64,000 nt of DNA. It comes from Tolypothrix carrinoi HA7290-LM1. GTDB taxonomy: Bacteria > Cyanobacteriota > Cyanobacteriia > Cyanobacteriales > Nostocaceae. The notes below the pieces were generated by a model that was not told the DNA's origin, searched no databases, and was given only the letters and a program-made list of their open reading frames with translations. Below are positions 38,105-49,268 of this stretch, piece after piece (the first letter of the stretch is position 1; the number at the start of each line of letters is the position of its first letter). The position numbers and the translations under genes are program-made. The stretch is from NCBI GenBank assembly GCA_019358935.1, contig JAHHIK010000015.1, forward strand, positions 1 through 64,000, written 5' to 3'.

Positions 38105-38267
38105 CAGAACACATTTAAACCACGAAGGAATTGTTTATCACCCCTTGGACGCTCACCCGGACAAAAATGAGACGGTTCCTTCATCCCTTGGGTATACGCG
38201 TAATTTGCGGATCTATAAAACGAACGCTTGTGCCATTTTTGTCTACACGAGTGTGAAACCCAACAAA

Positions 38268-38312
38268 TAAAGGACACGAAGAAAAAGTTAAGTTTTTCCT
38301 TTGTGTCCTTAT
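38268..38312. terminator. Probable bidirectional terminator between gmk and psaL
   Basis: AAGGACACGAAGAAAAA...TTTTTCCTTTGTGTCCTT hairpin. Confidence 0.55.
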
Positions 38313-38345
38313 CTTATTCACACTGTCATTTGACTAATGACTAAA

Positions 38346-38867
38346 CTAACCGCCGAATAAACCTTGAATTAGTTCGATATTAGAAGCCACAAGGTAAGCA
38401 ACTACTGCACCACCAAGACCACCGATTAAGAAAGCACTGCCAAAGTTACTCCAACCTTCTTTAGTTTTAAAAGAATCTGGAGGATTGGGTACTGTTACCG
38501 TGGCAACTGGTTGGGGAGGATTGCTATTAGCATACAGGGAGAGGGTGCCAGTCAGAATAACAATCAAGCCAATGGTTGCTAGTAACCCAGCTAAGTTGGC
38601 ATTATCTGTATTCCGCAGGGGACCCAATTTGGCAAAGGGACCAAATATCCAGTAACCATGAGCCATACCGACTTCTAACCCTCGTCTGAAGGTAGTTATA
38701 CCTGGGCGATAGGCGGGTAAATTATTAATAAACCACTTGCTCAACCCAGAAGCATTAATCGGCGTTTCTAGATTTCCCCGCTGCGGATCGCGCCATTCTG
38801 GAAAGACAACCTCGCGATTTCTAGCATCGCTAGGACTATTTTTTGATGCGTCTATTGCTTGCGCCAT
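38346..38867 (-). CDS. psaL: Photosystem I subunit XI
   Basis: GNLETPIN, NLPAYR, RGLEVGMAHGY, GPLRN. Confidence 0.97.
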   Translation of the reverse strand: MAQAIDASKNSPSDARNREVVFPEWRDPQRGNLETPINASGLSKWFINNLPAYRPGITTFRRGLEVGMAHGYWIFGPFAKLGPLRNTDNANLAGLLATIGLIVILTGTLSLYANSNPPQPVATVTVPNPPDSFKTKEGWSNFGSAFLIGGLGGAVVAYLVASNIELIQGLFGG

Positions 38868-39128
38868 ATTTTGCGTTTGCCTCTAAATAAGATGCTTGAT
38901 TATTTATTATTAGTAATAATTGTGTCTAAATATGATTTTTAACAGCGAAGTTTAGAAAAGTTAATTAAGCATATATAGAGATGTCAAAATTATATGCTGT
39001 TGACAGCATTACCAGTTTCCCAAAATTAATTTGTTAGCAGTTAGTAGTTAGTTGTCAATTAACTATGTACAGACGCGAGGAACATCGCGTCTCTACTAAC
39101 TGCTAACAAAATTGTTTAATTCCGTCGA

Positions 39129-39263
39129 TTATGGCATCGGGTGGAAAAGTAGGTCGGGGAACAAGTTGTTAAATACAATCCACAAAACGGCAACAAAAAT
39201 CAAATGAGCGAACAGTAAAACTGGTGCTAGGGAAAGATATTTAAGGAAATAGTTCTGCTGCAT
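39129..39263 (-). CDS. psaJ: Photosystem I subunit IX (not in the ORF track)
   Basis: MQQNYFLKYLSLAPVLLFAHLIFVAVLWIVFNNLFPDLLFHPMP*, between psaF and psaL. Confidence 0.92.
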   Translation of the reverse strand: MQQNYFLKYLSLAPVLLFAHLIFVAVLWIVFNNLFPDLLFHPMP

Positions 39264-39301
39264 GAATCATTCTCCCAAATAAGTAAAATTGAGGTGTATT
39301 G

Positions 39302-39799
39302 TTAGCGTGGTGAAATGGGGATTTCGGTATCTTTAGCTGTCAATTCGCCAGAAAGCAACTCTTTCACGGCGGCTAGGGGCCAAGTAAAGCCTGACAGCAT
39401 TAGTGAAAATGCCTTTGGCACCTCGATCATGATTTCCTTTTTCTCTACGTCCCCACCTTCTTTCTTGATGGCTTGCAGATAGGCGCGACCTACCCAACCA
39501 ATCCATCCTGCGACATACAGGAAGAGAATGCCCGGTATTATAAAGTCACCAGCGCGATCTAGACGACCATCGACTATCAGATGAGGTAAACCTTCTGGAC
39601 CACACACAGCTTGGGCATAACGCTCAAATCGCTTTTGCCCGGAGGCAGGGTCTGAGGTAGTGTTACGCGCCTCTGCTGCCCGTTGTAGAAAAGCAGGAGA
39701 GTCCTTGCAGGGTACAAGGTCAGCCCCTAACGCTTTTGCTGGCGGGGCAAAATTGAACATTAGACAAATCGCCAAAACCAAAGTAAACAATCGTCTCAT
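39302..39799 (-). CDS. psaF: Photosystem I subunit III
   Basis: [34 protein letters not shown]; start MRRLF at 39799. Confidence 0.97.
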   Translation of the reverse strand: MRRLFTLVLAICLMFNFAPPAKALGADLVPCKDSPAFLQRAAEARNTTSDPASGQKRFERYAQAVCGPEGLPHLIVDGRLDRAGDFIIPGILFLYVAGWIGWVGRAYLQAIKKEGGDVEKKEIMIEVPKAFSLMLSGFTWPLAAVKELLSGELTAKDTEIPISPR

Positions 39800-39974
39800 T
39801 GAGTTGTTTCCTTTTATTACGAAACAAAAAGTTTTAGTACAAAACGAAGCGGCTTGTACAGTGTTTATCAACATTACTAGGAAGTCATCATACTCTTGCC
39901 TGGGAACCGAGTAAAGTTTAAGTAAATAAAAGTTAAAGCTTCGACATCAAGTCTCAATTAACCATAATCCTGTC

Positions 39975-41021
39975 ATGGCAACCGTTTTAGCTATAGAAAC
40001 CAGCTGCGATGAAACTGCCGTAGCAATTGTAAACAATCGTCAAGTTTGTAGTAGTATTGTTGCCTCGCAAATTCCGGTTCATCAGCAGTATGGCGGGGTA
40101 GTACCAGAAGTGGCATCCCGGCAGCATCTAGAAACGATAAATCAGGCGATCGCTCAAGCCCTCGAACAAGCAAAACTAGATTGGGAAAAAATCGACGGAA
40201 TTGCCGCAACTTGTGCCCCCGGACTCGTGGGAGCGCTTTTAGTGGGGTTAACTGCCGCCAAAACCCTGGCAATAATACACAACAAGCCATTTTTAGGAGT
40301 TCACCACCTTGAAGGTCATATTTACGCGACTTACCTAAGCGAGCCAACTATCAAGCCTCCTTTTCTTAGCTTACTGGTTTCCGGCGGACACACAAGCTTG
40401 ATTTATGTCAAAGATTGTGGTATATACGAAACTTTAGGACAAACTCGCGATGATGCGGCAGGTGAAGCTTTTGATAAAGTAGCGCGGTTGTTAAAGTTGG
40501 GCTATCCCGGTGGACCGATGATTGATAAACTGGCGCAGTCAGGCAATCCGCAAGCCTTTGTTTTGCCAGAAGGAAAAGTTTCCTTACCGGGTGGGGGGTA
40601 TCATCGGTATGATTCGAGTTTTAGCGGGTTAAAAACGGCAGTACAGCGACTAGTGCAACAATTTGAGAAAAATGGCGAGCAAGTGCCTTCAGAGGATATT
40701 GCGGCGAGTTTTCAAGAAACCGTAGCGCGATCGCTTACCAAAAGAGCGATCGCCTGTGCCCTTGACTACGATCTGAAAATTATCGCCGTCGGTGGAGGGG
40801 TAGCCGCCAACAGCGGTTTGAGGAAACATTTACAAGCAGCCGCCTGTGAGCGTAATCTGCGCGTGTTATTTCCCCCAATGAAATATTGCACCGATAACGC
40901 CGCCATGATAGGCTGTACAGCCTCAGAGCATCTAGGGCTTGGTCATATTTCGCCACTTACCCTAAGCGTTCAATCAAGACTGTCGCTTACCCAAGTCATG
41001 GATTTATATCAAATCGGGTAA
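39975..41021 (+). CDS. tsaD: tRNA N6-threonylcarbamoyladenosine synthase TsaD
   Basis: [37 protein letters not shown]. Confidence 0.97.
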   Translation: MATVLAIETSCDETAVAIVNNRQVCSSIVASQIPVHQQYGGVVPEVASRQHLETINQAIAQALEQAKLDWEKIDGIAATCAPGLVGALLVGLTAAKTLAIIHNKPFLGVHHLEGHIYATYLSEPTIKPPFLSLLVSGGHTSLIYVKDCGIYETLGQTRDDAAGEAFDKVARLLKLGYPGGPMIDKLAQSGNPQAFVLPEGKVSLPGGGYHRYDSSFSGLKTAVQRLVQQFEKNGEQVPSEDIAASFQETVARSLTKRAIACALDYDLKIIAVGGGVAANSGLRKHLQAAACERNLRVLFPPMKYCTDNAAMIGCTASEHLGLGHISPLTLSVQSRLSLTQVMDLYQIG

Positions 41022-41028
41022 AGAGGAA

Positions 41029-41186
41029 AGGGGACAAGGGGGACAAGGGGGACAAGGGGACAAGGGGGACACGGGGGACACGGGGACAAGGGGGACAAGG
41101 AGACAAAAAGAATAATTCTTCTTTCCCCCCATCCCCCATCCCCCCATCTCCCCATCTTCCCCTCCCCCACTCCTAACTCCTAACTC
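41029..41186. repeat. STRR tandem repeats
   Basis: (GGGGACAAG)n and (CCCCATC)n. Confidence 0.85.
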
Positions 41187-42098
41187 CTAACTATTAACTA
41201 TTGACCGGATGTGATTGGCAACCGCATTTGGCTGCTCTAACATTGCCAAATGTCCGCAATCAGGAATTTCAATCACATTGTCACCAGAGTATTGGAACAG
41301 AGAATGAAAGCTAGCTAAATGGCGAACATACTTCGGTTCCATAATTTTATCTTCCGCACCAGCTAAGAAATAAACTGGTTGTTTAATTTTGGATACCAAC
41401 TGGGGTAAGCGGTTAATTTCTTCCTCAGTTGTCGAGTCTAGCAGCGTTCCTAGAGCAGCTTCCGGGTCAGCCACAACAAAATCAATCACCCTTTGACGTG
41501 CCCAAAAGCGATCCAAAGGACGTGCCACAGTATCTCTAGTAAACAGTAAATCAATCAAAGGTACTTGGCACAACCACCTCGGACGGATTTGCAAAAGCCG
41601 CTGACCTGTTGAGCGAAATTGCTCAAAAGCTTCTTTGAGATAAATTCCACCACCTGCGTTAATACAGATGACACCCTTAACGCGATCGAGCATTTGTGCC
41701 GCACCCCAAAGAGCGATCGTGCCTCCTAAAGAATGACCAATTAGCCAAGCACTGGTAATATTCATCTGTTGCAGAAGAAGCGCTAAATCCTGAGCATAAG
41801 CAGCTGGAGTATAAACAGAATCGAACGGATAGCCAACTTGACAACGGTCATTGTCAGTTAGGCTCAAACTAGATGTGTCTTCGCGACTAAAATCAATTTT
41901 TGCCTCAGGCTGGGACTCACCAAACCCACGCAAATCATAAGACAGGCACTGGAAATCAACTGATAAGTGAGAAATCACAGGTTGCCAGTATCCACGGCTA
42001 TTGAGCCAACCGTGGATAAAAACTAAAGCATGGGGGTAGGTCGTGGGAGCCGTTAGCTCGTATGCGTGTGGAACGCCCAATATTTCAATCCTTGCCAT
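41187..42098 (-). CDS. Alpha/beta hydrolase
   Basis: FIHGW, DLRGFG, GHSLGG, CGHLAM. Confidence 0.9.
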   Translation of the reverse strand: MARIEILGVPHAYELTAPTTYPHALVFIHGWLNSRGYWQPVISHLSVDFQCLSYDLRGFGESQPEAKIDFSREDTSSLSLTDNDRCQVGYPFDSVYTPAAYAQDLALLLQQMNITSAWLIGHSLGGTIALWGAAQMLDRVKGVICINAGGGIYLKEAFEQFRSTGQRLLQIRPRWLCQVPLIDLLFTRDTVARPLDRFWARQRVIDFVVADPEAALGTLLDSTTEEEINRLPQLVSKIKQPVYFLAGAEDKIMEPKYVRHLASFHSLFQYSGDNVIEIPDCGHLAMLEQPNAVANHIRSIVNS

Positions 42099-42286
42099 AA
42101 TTCCATCGTACCCTTAAGGGCGGGCGCGACTAAATACGAGCGAGGAGCGTGGGTAGTGGGTAATGGGTAGTGGGTAATGGGTAGTGGGTAATGGGTAATG
42201 GGTAGTGGGAGCGTGGTTAAGTGTTGACCGTCAACGCTCCAACGCTCCAACGCTCCAGCTAATAACCACTAACAACCTAACTTTTT

Positions 42287-43006
42287 TCATTTTCCCATTA
42301 ACCTCTGTCGCACCCCTTCGGCAATTTTGTTACCTAGATATTCAGGAATCAGGCTTTCATTGGGTCCCAACAAGTAAAGAATAAGGCGTGTACGTCCGCG
42401 CCAAACCAGTAAATTCGCATTTACCACCAGCAAGTCTTCCAGCCAAATGGCGTACATCACTTTGTAGAATAATCCCGGTTGGTTATCAGCTTCAATAACT
42501 AAGGCAGGGAGATGAAAGACCGGATCGACATAGAATTCGGTTTGTACTTGTTCTAAGCCGGCATCAAGGTTGAATTCTACTGCTAGCATTTCTTCTACCT
42601 CAAACCGACCTCCTAAAGCCTCGCGAACAGCACGGCAGACGTTTTCGGCGGTTTTCTCGGTCAAAGCTCTACTGCCACGAGACACCAACAGTTTCATAAA
42701 AACCAACATCGGCGGTCGGATCTGACCGTATAGACTTAAACCGTGGATAGTCAGCCCATAAGCTGCCAGCACACCAAAAATATCACTGAGGAGAAAAGAC
42801 TGGTTGCGGTAGGCAAAATGCAGGGCACTTTTGCTACCTTCCGGTTTCAACTCAATAACCGCGCGTCTGGTTTTATAAAGACGGTAGGCTAGCCGCAAAT
42901 TTTGCAGTTGAATCTCACTGCTAACAAATTGCTCATAAAACTGGGGAAACGCTCGGTTAAAGCGTTTTAAAAGTTCCAGGGTCGAAGATTTTAAACCAGA
43001 AGCCAT
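42287..43006 (-). CDS. Conserved hypothetical protein with two ACT-like segments
   Basis: NQSFLLSDIFGVLAAYGLTI and DNQPGLFYKV..AI...L.V; real start ATG 43006 (upstream extension is STRR-derived). Confidence 0.75.
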   Translation of the reverse strand: MASGLKSSTLELLKRFNRAFPQFYEQFVSSEIQLQNLRLAYRLYKTRRAVIELKPEGSKSALHFAYRNQSFLLSDIFGVLAAYGLTIHGLSLYGQIRPPMLVFMKLLVSRGSRALTEKTAENVCRAVREALGGRFEVEEMLAVEFNLDAGLEQVQTEFYVDPVFHLPALVIEADNQPGLFYKVMYAIWLEDLLVVNANLLVWRGRTRLILYLLGPNESLIPEYLGNKIAEGVRQRLMGK

Positions 43007-43406
43007 TTTTGGGTTAAGACTCGCTCTTATTCGTCGCCAAGGGACGCTTGGACTAGGGGGAGAGGGGGAGGGGGGGAGCTGGGGGAGCTGGGGGAGCTGG
43101 GGAGATGGGGAGATGGGGAGATGGGGAGGACAAGGAGGATAAATGCTCAATGCCTAATGCCCAATTCCCAATGCCCAATGCCCAATTACCAATTACCTTT
43201 TTCCCAATTACCAATGCCCCAGTCTGGGCGTGTTTATATACAATTGACTCTCATATCCTTCGGTTTTGGTTAATTTCTCCTAGGCTCTACAACAAAATGC
43301 TAAAGTTGAAAATGATTGGTGTGAAACACGCCCTGACTGGCTAAACCAATTGAAAATCCCAAAAACATTAGAAAAATTTTCAGTGTGAGGGGTTGCAAAT
43401 GGGTAG

Positions 43407-44030
<624 letters not shown>

Positions 44031-44342
44031 TCCCTGAAATAAATAAATATGCTTGCTGACCAAAAGTAAGTTATGATGGTAAAAGCCTATTTTTATTATA
44101 GAACTAGGTTCGTTTAACTTATTTCTCGGTGTAAAGACAAATTTTTGTATTTGCATTTGACAAATTATTTGCAAAATAGTTTGACGATGAAATAAATTAA
44201 CTAAGCAACCATAAAATCTGATAAGATGTCATAGTTGCTCTGCAAAAGCAAAAATATGGTAACGTTACCAAAGTTTTGCTTTTAAACAAAGCAATTATGT
44301 CAAATTCATGCTTAACCACTATATAAAGTGGATTAATATAAC

Positions 44343-44416
44343 CGGGATGTAGCGCAGCTTGGTAGCGCGCCTGCTTTGGGAGCAGGATGCCGCAGGTTCA
44401 AATCCTGTCATCCCGA
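44343..44416 (+). tRNA. trnP: tRNA-Pro (UGG)
   Basis: CGGGATG/CATCCCG acceptor stem, anticodon arm CCTGC-TTTGGGA-GCAGG, GGTTCAAATCC T-loop. Confidence 0.97.
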
Positions 44417-44428
44417 TTTTATAATGCG

Positions 44429-44476
44429 AATCATAAAACCCTAGATTTATTAGCAGAATCTAGGGTTTTTATGATT
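44429..44476 (+). terminator. Terminator hairpin after the tRNA
   Basis: AATCATAAAACCCTAGATT...AATCTAGGGTTTTTATGATT followed by T-run. Confidence 0.7.
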
Positions 44477-45116
44477 TTTTATTAAAAAATAAAAACTTCC
44501 TGAGAGTTTTACTAAAGATTGAGTAAGGGTTGTACTCAAAAAAGTATCAAGATTATAATTTTTAATTAGTATAAATACATATTTCTTTTGGCGGCATATC
44601 TGATTTTAGCATCTCAGTATAAAGCATTTATGTTAATTGGGGCGGTAAATGTTTAAATGGTATTCTTGTAAAAATAAGCACATAAAAAAATAAAATTGAT
44701 GGAACGATCCATTAGGCAATGGCGTCAACTATCCTCAGAAAAGACAATAAAATGGCATTTATCGCCTTAAAGGTAGAGGACATTTTTCGCTGCTTGTAGA
44801 AAGCCTAACTTTTCACGGTATGTGGATTCATGATGTGGGGGTATAAGGTATTAATTTTTCGGAAATTTGCTTTTATTGGGAATTTTTCTGATTTTTCCTA
44901 CACCCACATCGCTTTCTTCGAGTTTCCAGATTTCGTCGTTAGGTAGAAAGCGGCAGCAATCAATGCTTTTACAGCATTTCTCTGTGAAAAGCAAGGCGAA
45001 ATTAAGAAAACAACGCTGTCAATTGGCGAAGACGATACTATAACTAAAACAAGTTGGTTCTGTGCCAATCCAACCAAAGTCTCGACTTAATTAAAGTATT
45101 GATGCGAGGAAAAGTC

Positions 45117-45947
45117 ATGAAATCATTGGTTCGCTGGGGCGCAACATTAGGATTAATCGGAAGTACACTGCTCTCGACGGTATTTGTGGGAAATGTCCCA
45201 GTGCTGGCATTGACAGAACAACAAGTCAAAGAGAAACTCGATTCAGTACCGGTTTATTTAATTACTAACTCCCAAGGTTTACCTTTAAGCCGTCCTCTTC
45301 CACAAGGTAATAACGGGCAAAAATCCACTGGTTCTGTAACTGGTGTTTATCTAAGTCGGCAGGAGGCTCAGTCGTTTATTAAAGAATTACAGAATGTTAA
45401 AGGCAAAGACCCGAAAATGGATGAAGTGGTCAAAAGCCTACAAGTGACGGCAGTGCCTTTAGGGGTAATTTATCAGCAATTGCAACAAAGCAAAAATCAG
45501 CCAAACCGCCTTCTATTTGCCTTTAAACCTGTAGATACGGAGGTGAAGGGAGCGATGGACTTGCTACGTCAAAGCGGTCAGCAAGTAAATCAATTTAAAA
45601 GCGTGCCTGTTTTTGCTGTCAGGTTTTCACCAGAACAAGGATATGTACCAATTCAACTCAAAGCTGACAATCAGCAACTTATTCCTTTGTTTTTAAGCAA
45701 GCAAGATGCACAAGGTTTGTTGAATCAGGTGAAGTCAAAGTATCCTAAAGCTGATATCCAGGTAATAGATGTAGACGGTGTAATTAAAACTTTGCAAGAT
45801 AAAAACGATAACTGGCTCTCGCAAGTTGTCTTAGTACCATCCCCAGAGTCGAGAGAATATATCAAGACACTTCCCAGAGAAGGAAATAAGCCTGCTACTC
45901 CAGCTGGTGGCGGCAATAAGCCTGCTACTACTCCCAAGCGTCCTTAA
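45117..45947 (+). CDS. tic22: Tic22 family periplasmic chaperone
   Basis: Signal peptide, ALTEQQVKEKLDSVPVY, VPVF, IPLFLSKQD. Confidence 0.88.
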   Translation: MKSLVRWGATLGLIGSTLLSTVFVGNVPVLALTEQQVKEKLDSVPVYLITNSQGLPLSRPLPQGNNGQKSTGSVTGVYLSRQEAQSFIKELQNVKGKDPKMDEVVKSLQVTAVPLGVIYQQLQQSKNQPNRLLFAFKPVDTEVKGAMDLLRQSGQQVNQFKSVPVFAVRFSPEQGYVPIQLKADNQQLIPLFLSKQDAQGLLNQVKSKYPKADIQVIDVDGVIKTLQDKNDNWLSQVVLVPSPESREYIKTLPREGNKPATPAGGGNKPATTPKRP

Positions 45948-45957
45948 TGCTTTCGGC

Positions 45958-46863
45958 ATGGTGGATAAGCAGCCAAATCTAGTTTCTGGTTTACAACTTT
46001 GGCAGTGGCGCAATGCAGCAATCAAGGCAGCGATCGCCACTGATGTTTCATCATCTGAGGTAGATTGGTTACTACAAGAAGTAGCTGGTTTAGACCGCTT
46101 GGCGTTGCGTTTGGAATCTTTTAAAGACTCCTATGCGATCGCTCTAAAATTACCTTTAGAAGATTTAGAGCATCTTTGGCAGAGACGATTAAATGACCGC
46201 TTGCCAGTGCAGTACATTGCTGGAGTTACACCTTGGCGACAGTTTCAAATCGCGGTGTCGAATGCGGTTTTGATTCCCAGACCGGAAACTGAGTATTTAA
46301 TTGATTTGGCTGTGGCTGCAAGCTTGGCAAATCCGCTTTTACAGCAAGGTCACTGGGCGGATTTGGGGACTGGTAGTGGGGCGATCGCTTTAGGATTAGC
46401 AGATGTCTTAAGTAAGGCAACGATTCATGCTGTTGATTGCAGTTCAGATGCTTTGGCGATCGCCCAACAAAATGCTTTAAATTCCGGTCTGGCTGACCGT
46501 ATTCGCTTTTATCAAGGTTCTTGGTGGGAGCCGCTAGAATTGCTCAAAGGTCAATTTAGCGGCATGGTGTCAAATCCGCCTTATATCCCCACCAGCACCG
46601 TACCTACGCTACAACCAGAAGTAGTTGACCATGAACCACATCTAGCTCTGGACGGGGGTGCTGACGGCTTAGATTGCATCCGCCATTTGATAGAAATTTC
46701 TCCGGCTTACTTACGACCTGGTGGCGTATGGTTGGTTGAGATGATGGCAGGACAGGCGGATGCAGTGCGTGAAATGTTGCAAAATCAAGGTAGCTATTGC
46801 AATGTTGAAATTCATGCTGATTTAGCGGGAATTGAACGCTTTGCCGTTGCCGAGCGTTGCTAA
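45958..46863 (+). CDS. prmC: Release factor glutamine methyltransferase
   Basis: PVQYIAG, LIPRPETE, DLGTGSG, SNPPY, HEPHLALDGG. Confidence 0.95.
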   Translation: MVDKQPNLVSGLQLWQWRNAAIKAAIATDVSSSEVDWLLQEVAGLDRLALRLESFKDSYAIALKLPLEDLEHLWQRRLNDRLPVQYIAGVTPWRQFQIAVSNAVLIPRPETEYLIDLAVAASLANPLLQQGHWADLGTGSGAIALGLADVLSKATIHAVDCSSDALAIAQQNALNSGLADRIRFYQGSWWEPLELLKGQFSGMVSNPPYIPTSTVPTLQPEVVDHEPHLALDGGADGLDCIRHLIEISPAYLRPGGVWLVEMMAGQADAVREMLQNQGSYCNVEIHADLAGIERFAVAERC

Positions 46864-46906
46864 TAGATACAAGTAGCTGAGAAAGCGTTGCGTAAGTCCT
46901 GGGATT

Positions 46907-48046
46907 TTAAGAGTTGAAGTCAAAAGTCAAGTTTTCCCGAAGGTCAGAGGGAATTTTTATCATCTCACCTTGGTCACCCAGGCGCTTACGCGCCTCAAAA
47001 AATGCTTGCTCCATACCTTGAGTGTAATTCAGCAAAAGGAGCTCGTGTTCAAACTGCACGCGACTTTCTATTTCATCTACTAATAGTCGTTTCCATTTAT
47101 CGATCATTCCCCATTTCACTCCCACACTCGGCATGACCATCACACATAAGGGCACAAGTTCCTGTTCTACAGGTCTTATACTTTTCTCTAGCACACTAAG
47201 CCACAAGTAAGCCTGGAACATATCTAAGTCCCGAAGACAAGAGTGTGCTACATCTGGATCGCTCAATCCACCTCTTAGGCTACGATGATCGGGAAATAAT
47301 TGTAAAAGTCGGCAGTAAACTATTGAACCAATCTCAGGAGCCACTCTTAACATTTGCTCAACTAAAGTTAAGGCTGGAGAACCTAGCTGATGTTTAGCGG
47401 CAGCTGCACAGACTCGCTGCCACGGGATAGCGACTTGTTCTTCAACAAACTTCAAGTAGGGACACAGCAAAACTTTCTCCACTGATGTCAGCTGATTAAT
47501 AAGTAACTTGTTACTGAAATTGAATAGCGTAGTCAGAAAGCCAACGACGCGCCAATCCTTTGCTGTTACGTGTTGATCCTGATATTTCAGTAATAGTTGT
47601 TCTAGTTCATTTGCCAGCTTTTCTATATTTGGTATCGCCGATAACGAAAGAGAAACCTGGTTAGAAACATTTCCTGTTGACATTTGTGTCGTTATAGGAG
47701 TGACAACCATACCAGACTGCTGTTGGTAAATGTCCAGTACTTTCTCATACACTTGGCAGGCAAATTGATTTATTCGCTGCCCCAAGTGAGAATCAATAAT
47801 GTCAGGAATATATTCATATAGAGATTTCGCCTGTGTCCCTGCTTGATGGCTTGTGCTATCTAATACATTATTCACTAATTTAGCTGCGGTTAAGCCTCGA
47901 GCTTCTGGTGAAGCTGCTTTCATCAATTCTCCATAGAACTTGGGATTTTTGGATAGAGAAGATACGTCAACTGTATAACGCTCTGCCCAAAGCTTAACCA
48001 AGCGCTCAACCGAGGGACATTTAGAAGTGTTAGTGGATAGCAGCAT
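46907..48046 (-). CDS. Hypothetical protein with phycobiliprotein/globin-like C-terminal segment
   Basis: 379-aa ORF containing HSCLRDLDMFQAYLWL. Confidence 0.7.
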   Translation of the reverse strand: MLLSTNTSKCPSVERLVKLWAERYTVDVSSLSKNPKFYGELMKAASPEARGLTAAKLVNNVLDSTSHQAGTQAKSLYEYIPDIIDSHLGQRINQFACQVYEKVLDIYQQQSGMVVTPITTQMSTGNVSNQVSLSLSAIPNIEKLANELEQLLLKYQDQHVTAKDWRVVGFLTTLFNFSNKLLINQLTSVEKVLLCPYLKFVEEQVAIPWQRVCAAAAKHQLGSPALTLVEQMLRVAPEIGSIVYCRLLQLFPDHRSLRGGLSDPDVAHSCLRDLDMFQAYLWLSVLEKSIRPVEQELVPLCVMVMPSVGVKWGMIDKWKRLLVDEIESRVQFEHELLLLNYTQGMEQAFFEARKRLGDQGEMIKIPSDLRENLTFDFNS

Positions 48047-48206
48047 AAATTAACTTCCTATTATCAAGAGAAAATAATTTACACAAAATTTTATAACTGT
48101 ACGGGTGCAATTATTGTGTTGTTTGTATAAAGTATCCAAGTAAAAAAGTCGTGCGATGTAGTTCGCTCTCGTGTTCAAGGCAGAATTGCGATCGCTTCGG
48201 GTTAAT

Positions 48207-48797
48207 ATGACACAAGTTTCTTTAGTAGACCTTATTGCTGGTGCCCGCGCTGGCTTTTTGGTGAGCTTTCCTACAGATACTGTTCCCGCACTCGCAGCGC
48301 TACCAGAAAAAGCAGAATTAATTTTTGCAGCGAAGCAACGCAGCCTAGATAAACCTTTGATTTTGATGGCAGCAGATGTAGAGGATTTGTGGTCTTATGT
48401 TGTAGGTAGTGATGAAGAGTATAAAATTTGGCGCTCAGTTATGGATAAGTATTTGCCGGGAGCGTTGACATTGGTGTTACCAGCGTCAGGGTGTGTGCCA
48501 AAAGCAATGAATCCTACAGACTCAATGACTATTGGTATCCGAATACCGAACAGTGCGATCGCTCAAACTATTTTGGCGCAAACAGGTCCCCTTGCCACTA
48601 CAAGCGCTAATGTGTCAGGTCAACCTGCTTTGCAGACAATAACAGAAATAGCGGCTCAGTTTCCCGATGTTCTGACTTTAGCAGAAACAGAATGCCAGGG
48701 AGAAACACCAGCCATCGGTGTACCTTCGACTGTTGCTAAATGGACTGGGAGCAATTGGCAAATTTTACGTCAAGGTGCAGTGAAGTTAGAGTTCTAA
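48207..48797 (+). CDS. tsaC: L-threonylcarbamoyladenylate synthase (YrdC/Sua5)
   Basis: FPTDTV, KQRSLDKPL, PGALT, TTSANVSG, ILRQG. Confidence 0.92.
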   Translation: MTQVSLVDLIAGARAGFLVSFPTDTVPALAALPEKAELIFAAKQRSLDKPLILMAADVEDLWSYVVGSDEEYKIWRSVMDKYLPGALTLVLPASGCVPKAMNPTDSMTIGIRIPNSAIAQTILAQTGPLATTSANVSGQPALQTITEIAAQFPDVLTLAETECQGETPAIGVPSTVAKWTGSNWQILRQGAVKLEF

Positions 48798-48844
48798 GCT
48801 AGAAAAATTACTTAAATAGCTGTGAAGTTGTTTTATCAAGAAAG

Positions 48845-48998
48845 AAGTCAGAATTCAGGAGTCAAAAGAATCCTGTGGGACTAACTTATGAATGAAGGGT
48901 TTAAGAGAAGAACGCCAAAATCTATGATTTGGCGGTATCTCAATATGACTTAGTATAATTTTTGACTTCATTTTCTTATGACTCCTGAATTCTGACTT
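48845..48998. repeat. MITE-like element
   Basis: Perfect 20-bp inverted repeats AAGTCAGAATTCAGGAGTCA at 48845-48864 and 48979-48998. Confidence 0.7.
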
Positions 48999-49268
48999 AT
49001 CTGATATCTTTGGGCTAAATTTTGTTAATCGGAAGTTAGAATTTCCCCAAGGAAGTCAGAATCAAGGAGTATGCTGAGTGATAGGAATGGGGCAGTTTTG
49101 CTTCATTGGGTGCTGAATATAAAAACTGCTGATTTTTCTCTTCAAATTTCAAATAAATCACAAAACAGAAAAATCTTTACCTACAGCTTAGGATTTGCAG
49201 ACTAAAAACTTGGGAATTTTGCTTCGCTTTTTTTGATGGTTAATTAATAACTTGATATTGCCAAATTT

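Noticed and set aside
43007..43344. Pro-rich N-terminal extension of ORF 42287-43150 and ORF 43105-43344
   Set aside because: Translations of STRR tracts; the same applies to ORFs at 42053, 51318, 53893, 56263, 56312, 57618, 57643 and 63776
44343..45100. tRNA-Pro as the integration site of an island
   Set aside because: No integrase and no duplicated tRNA 3' end seen; the flanking genes are core
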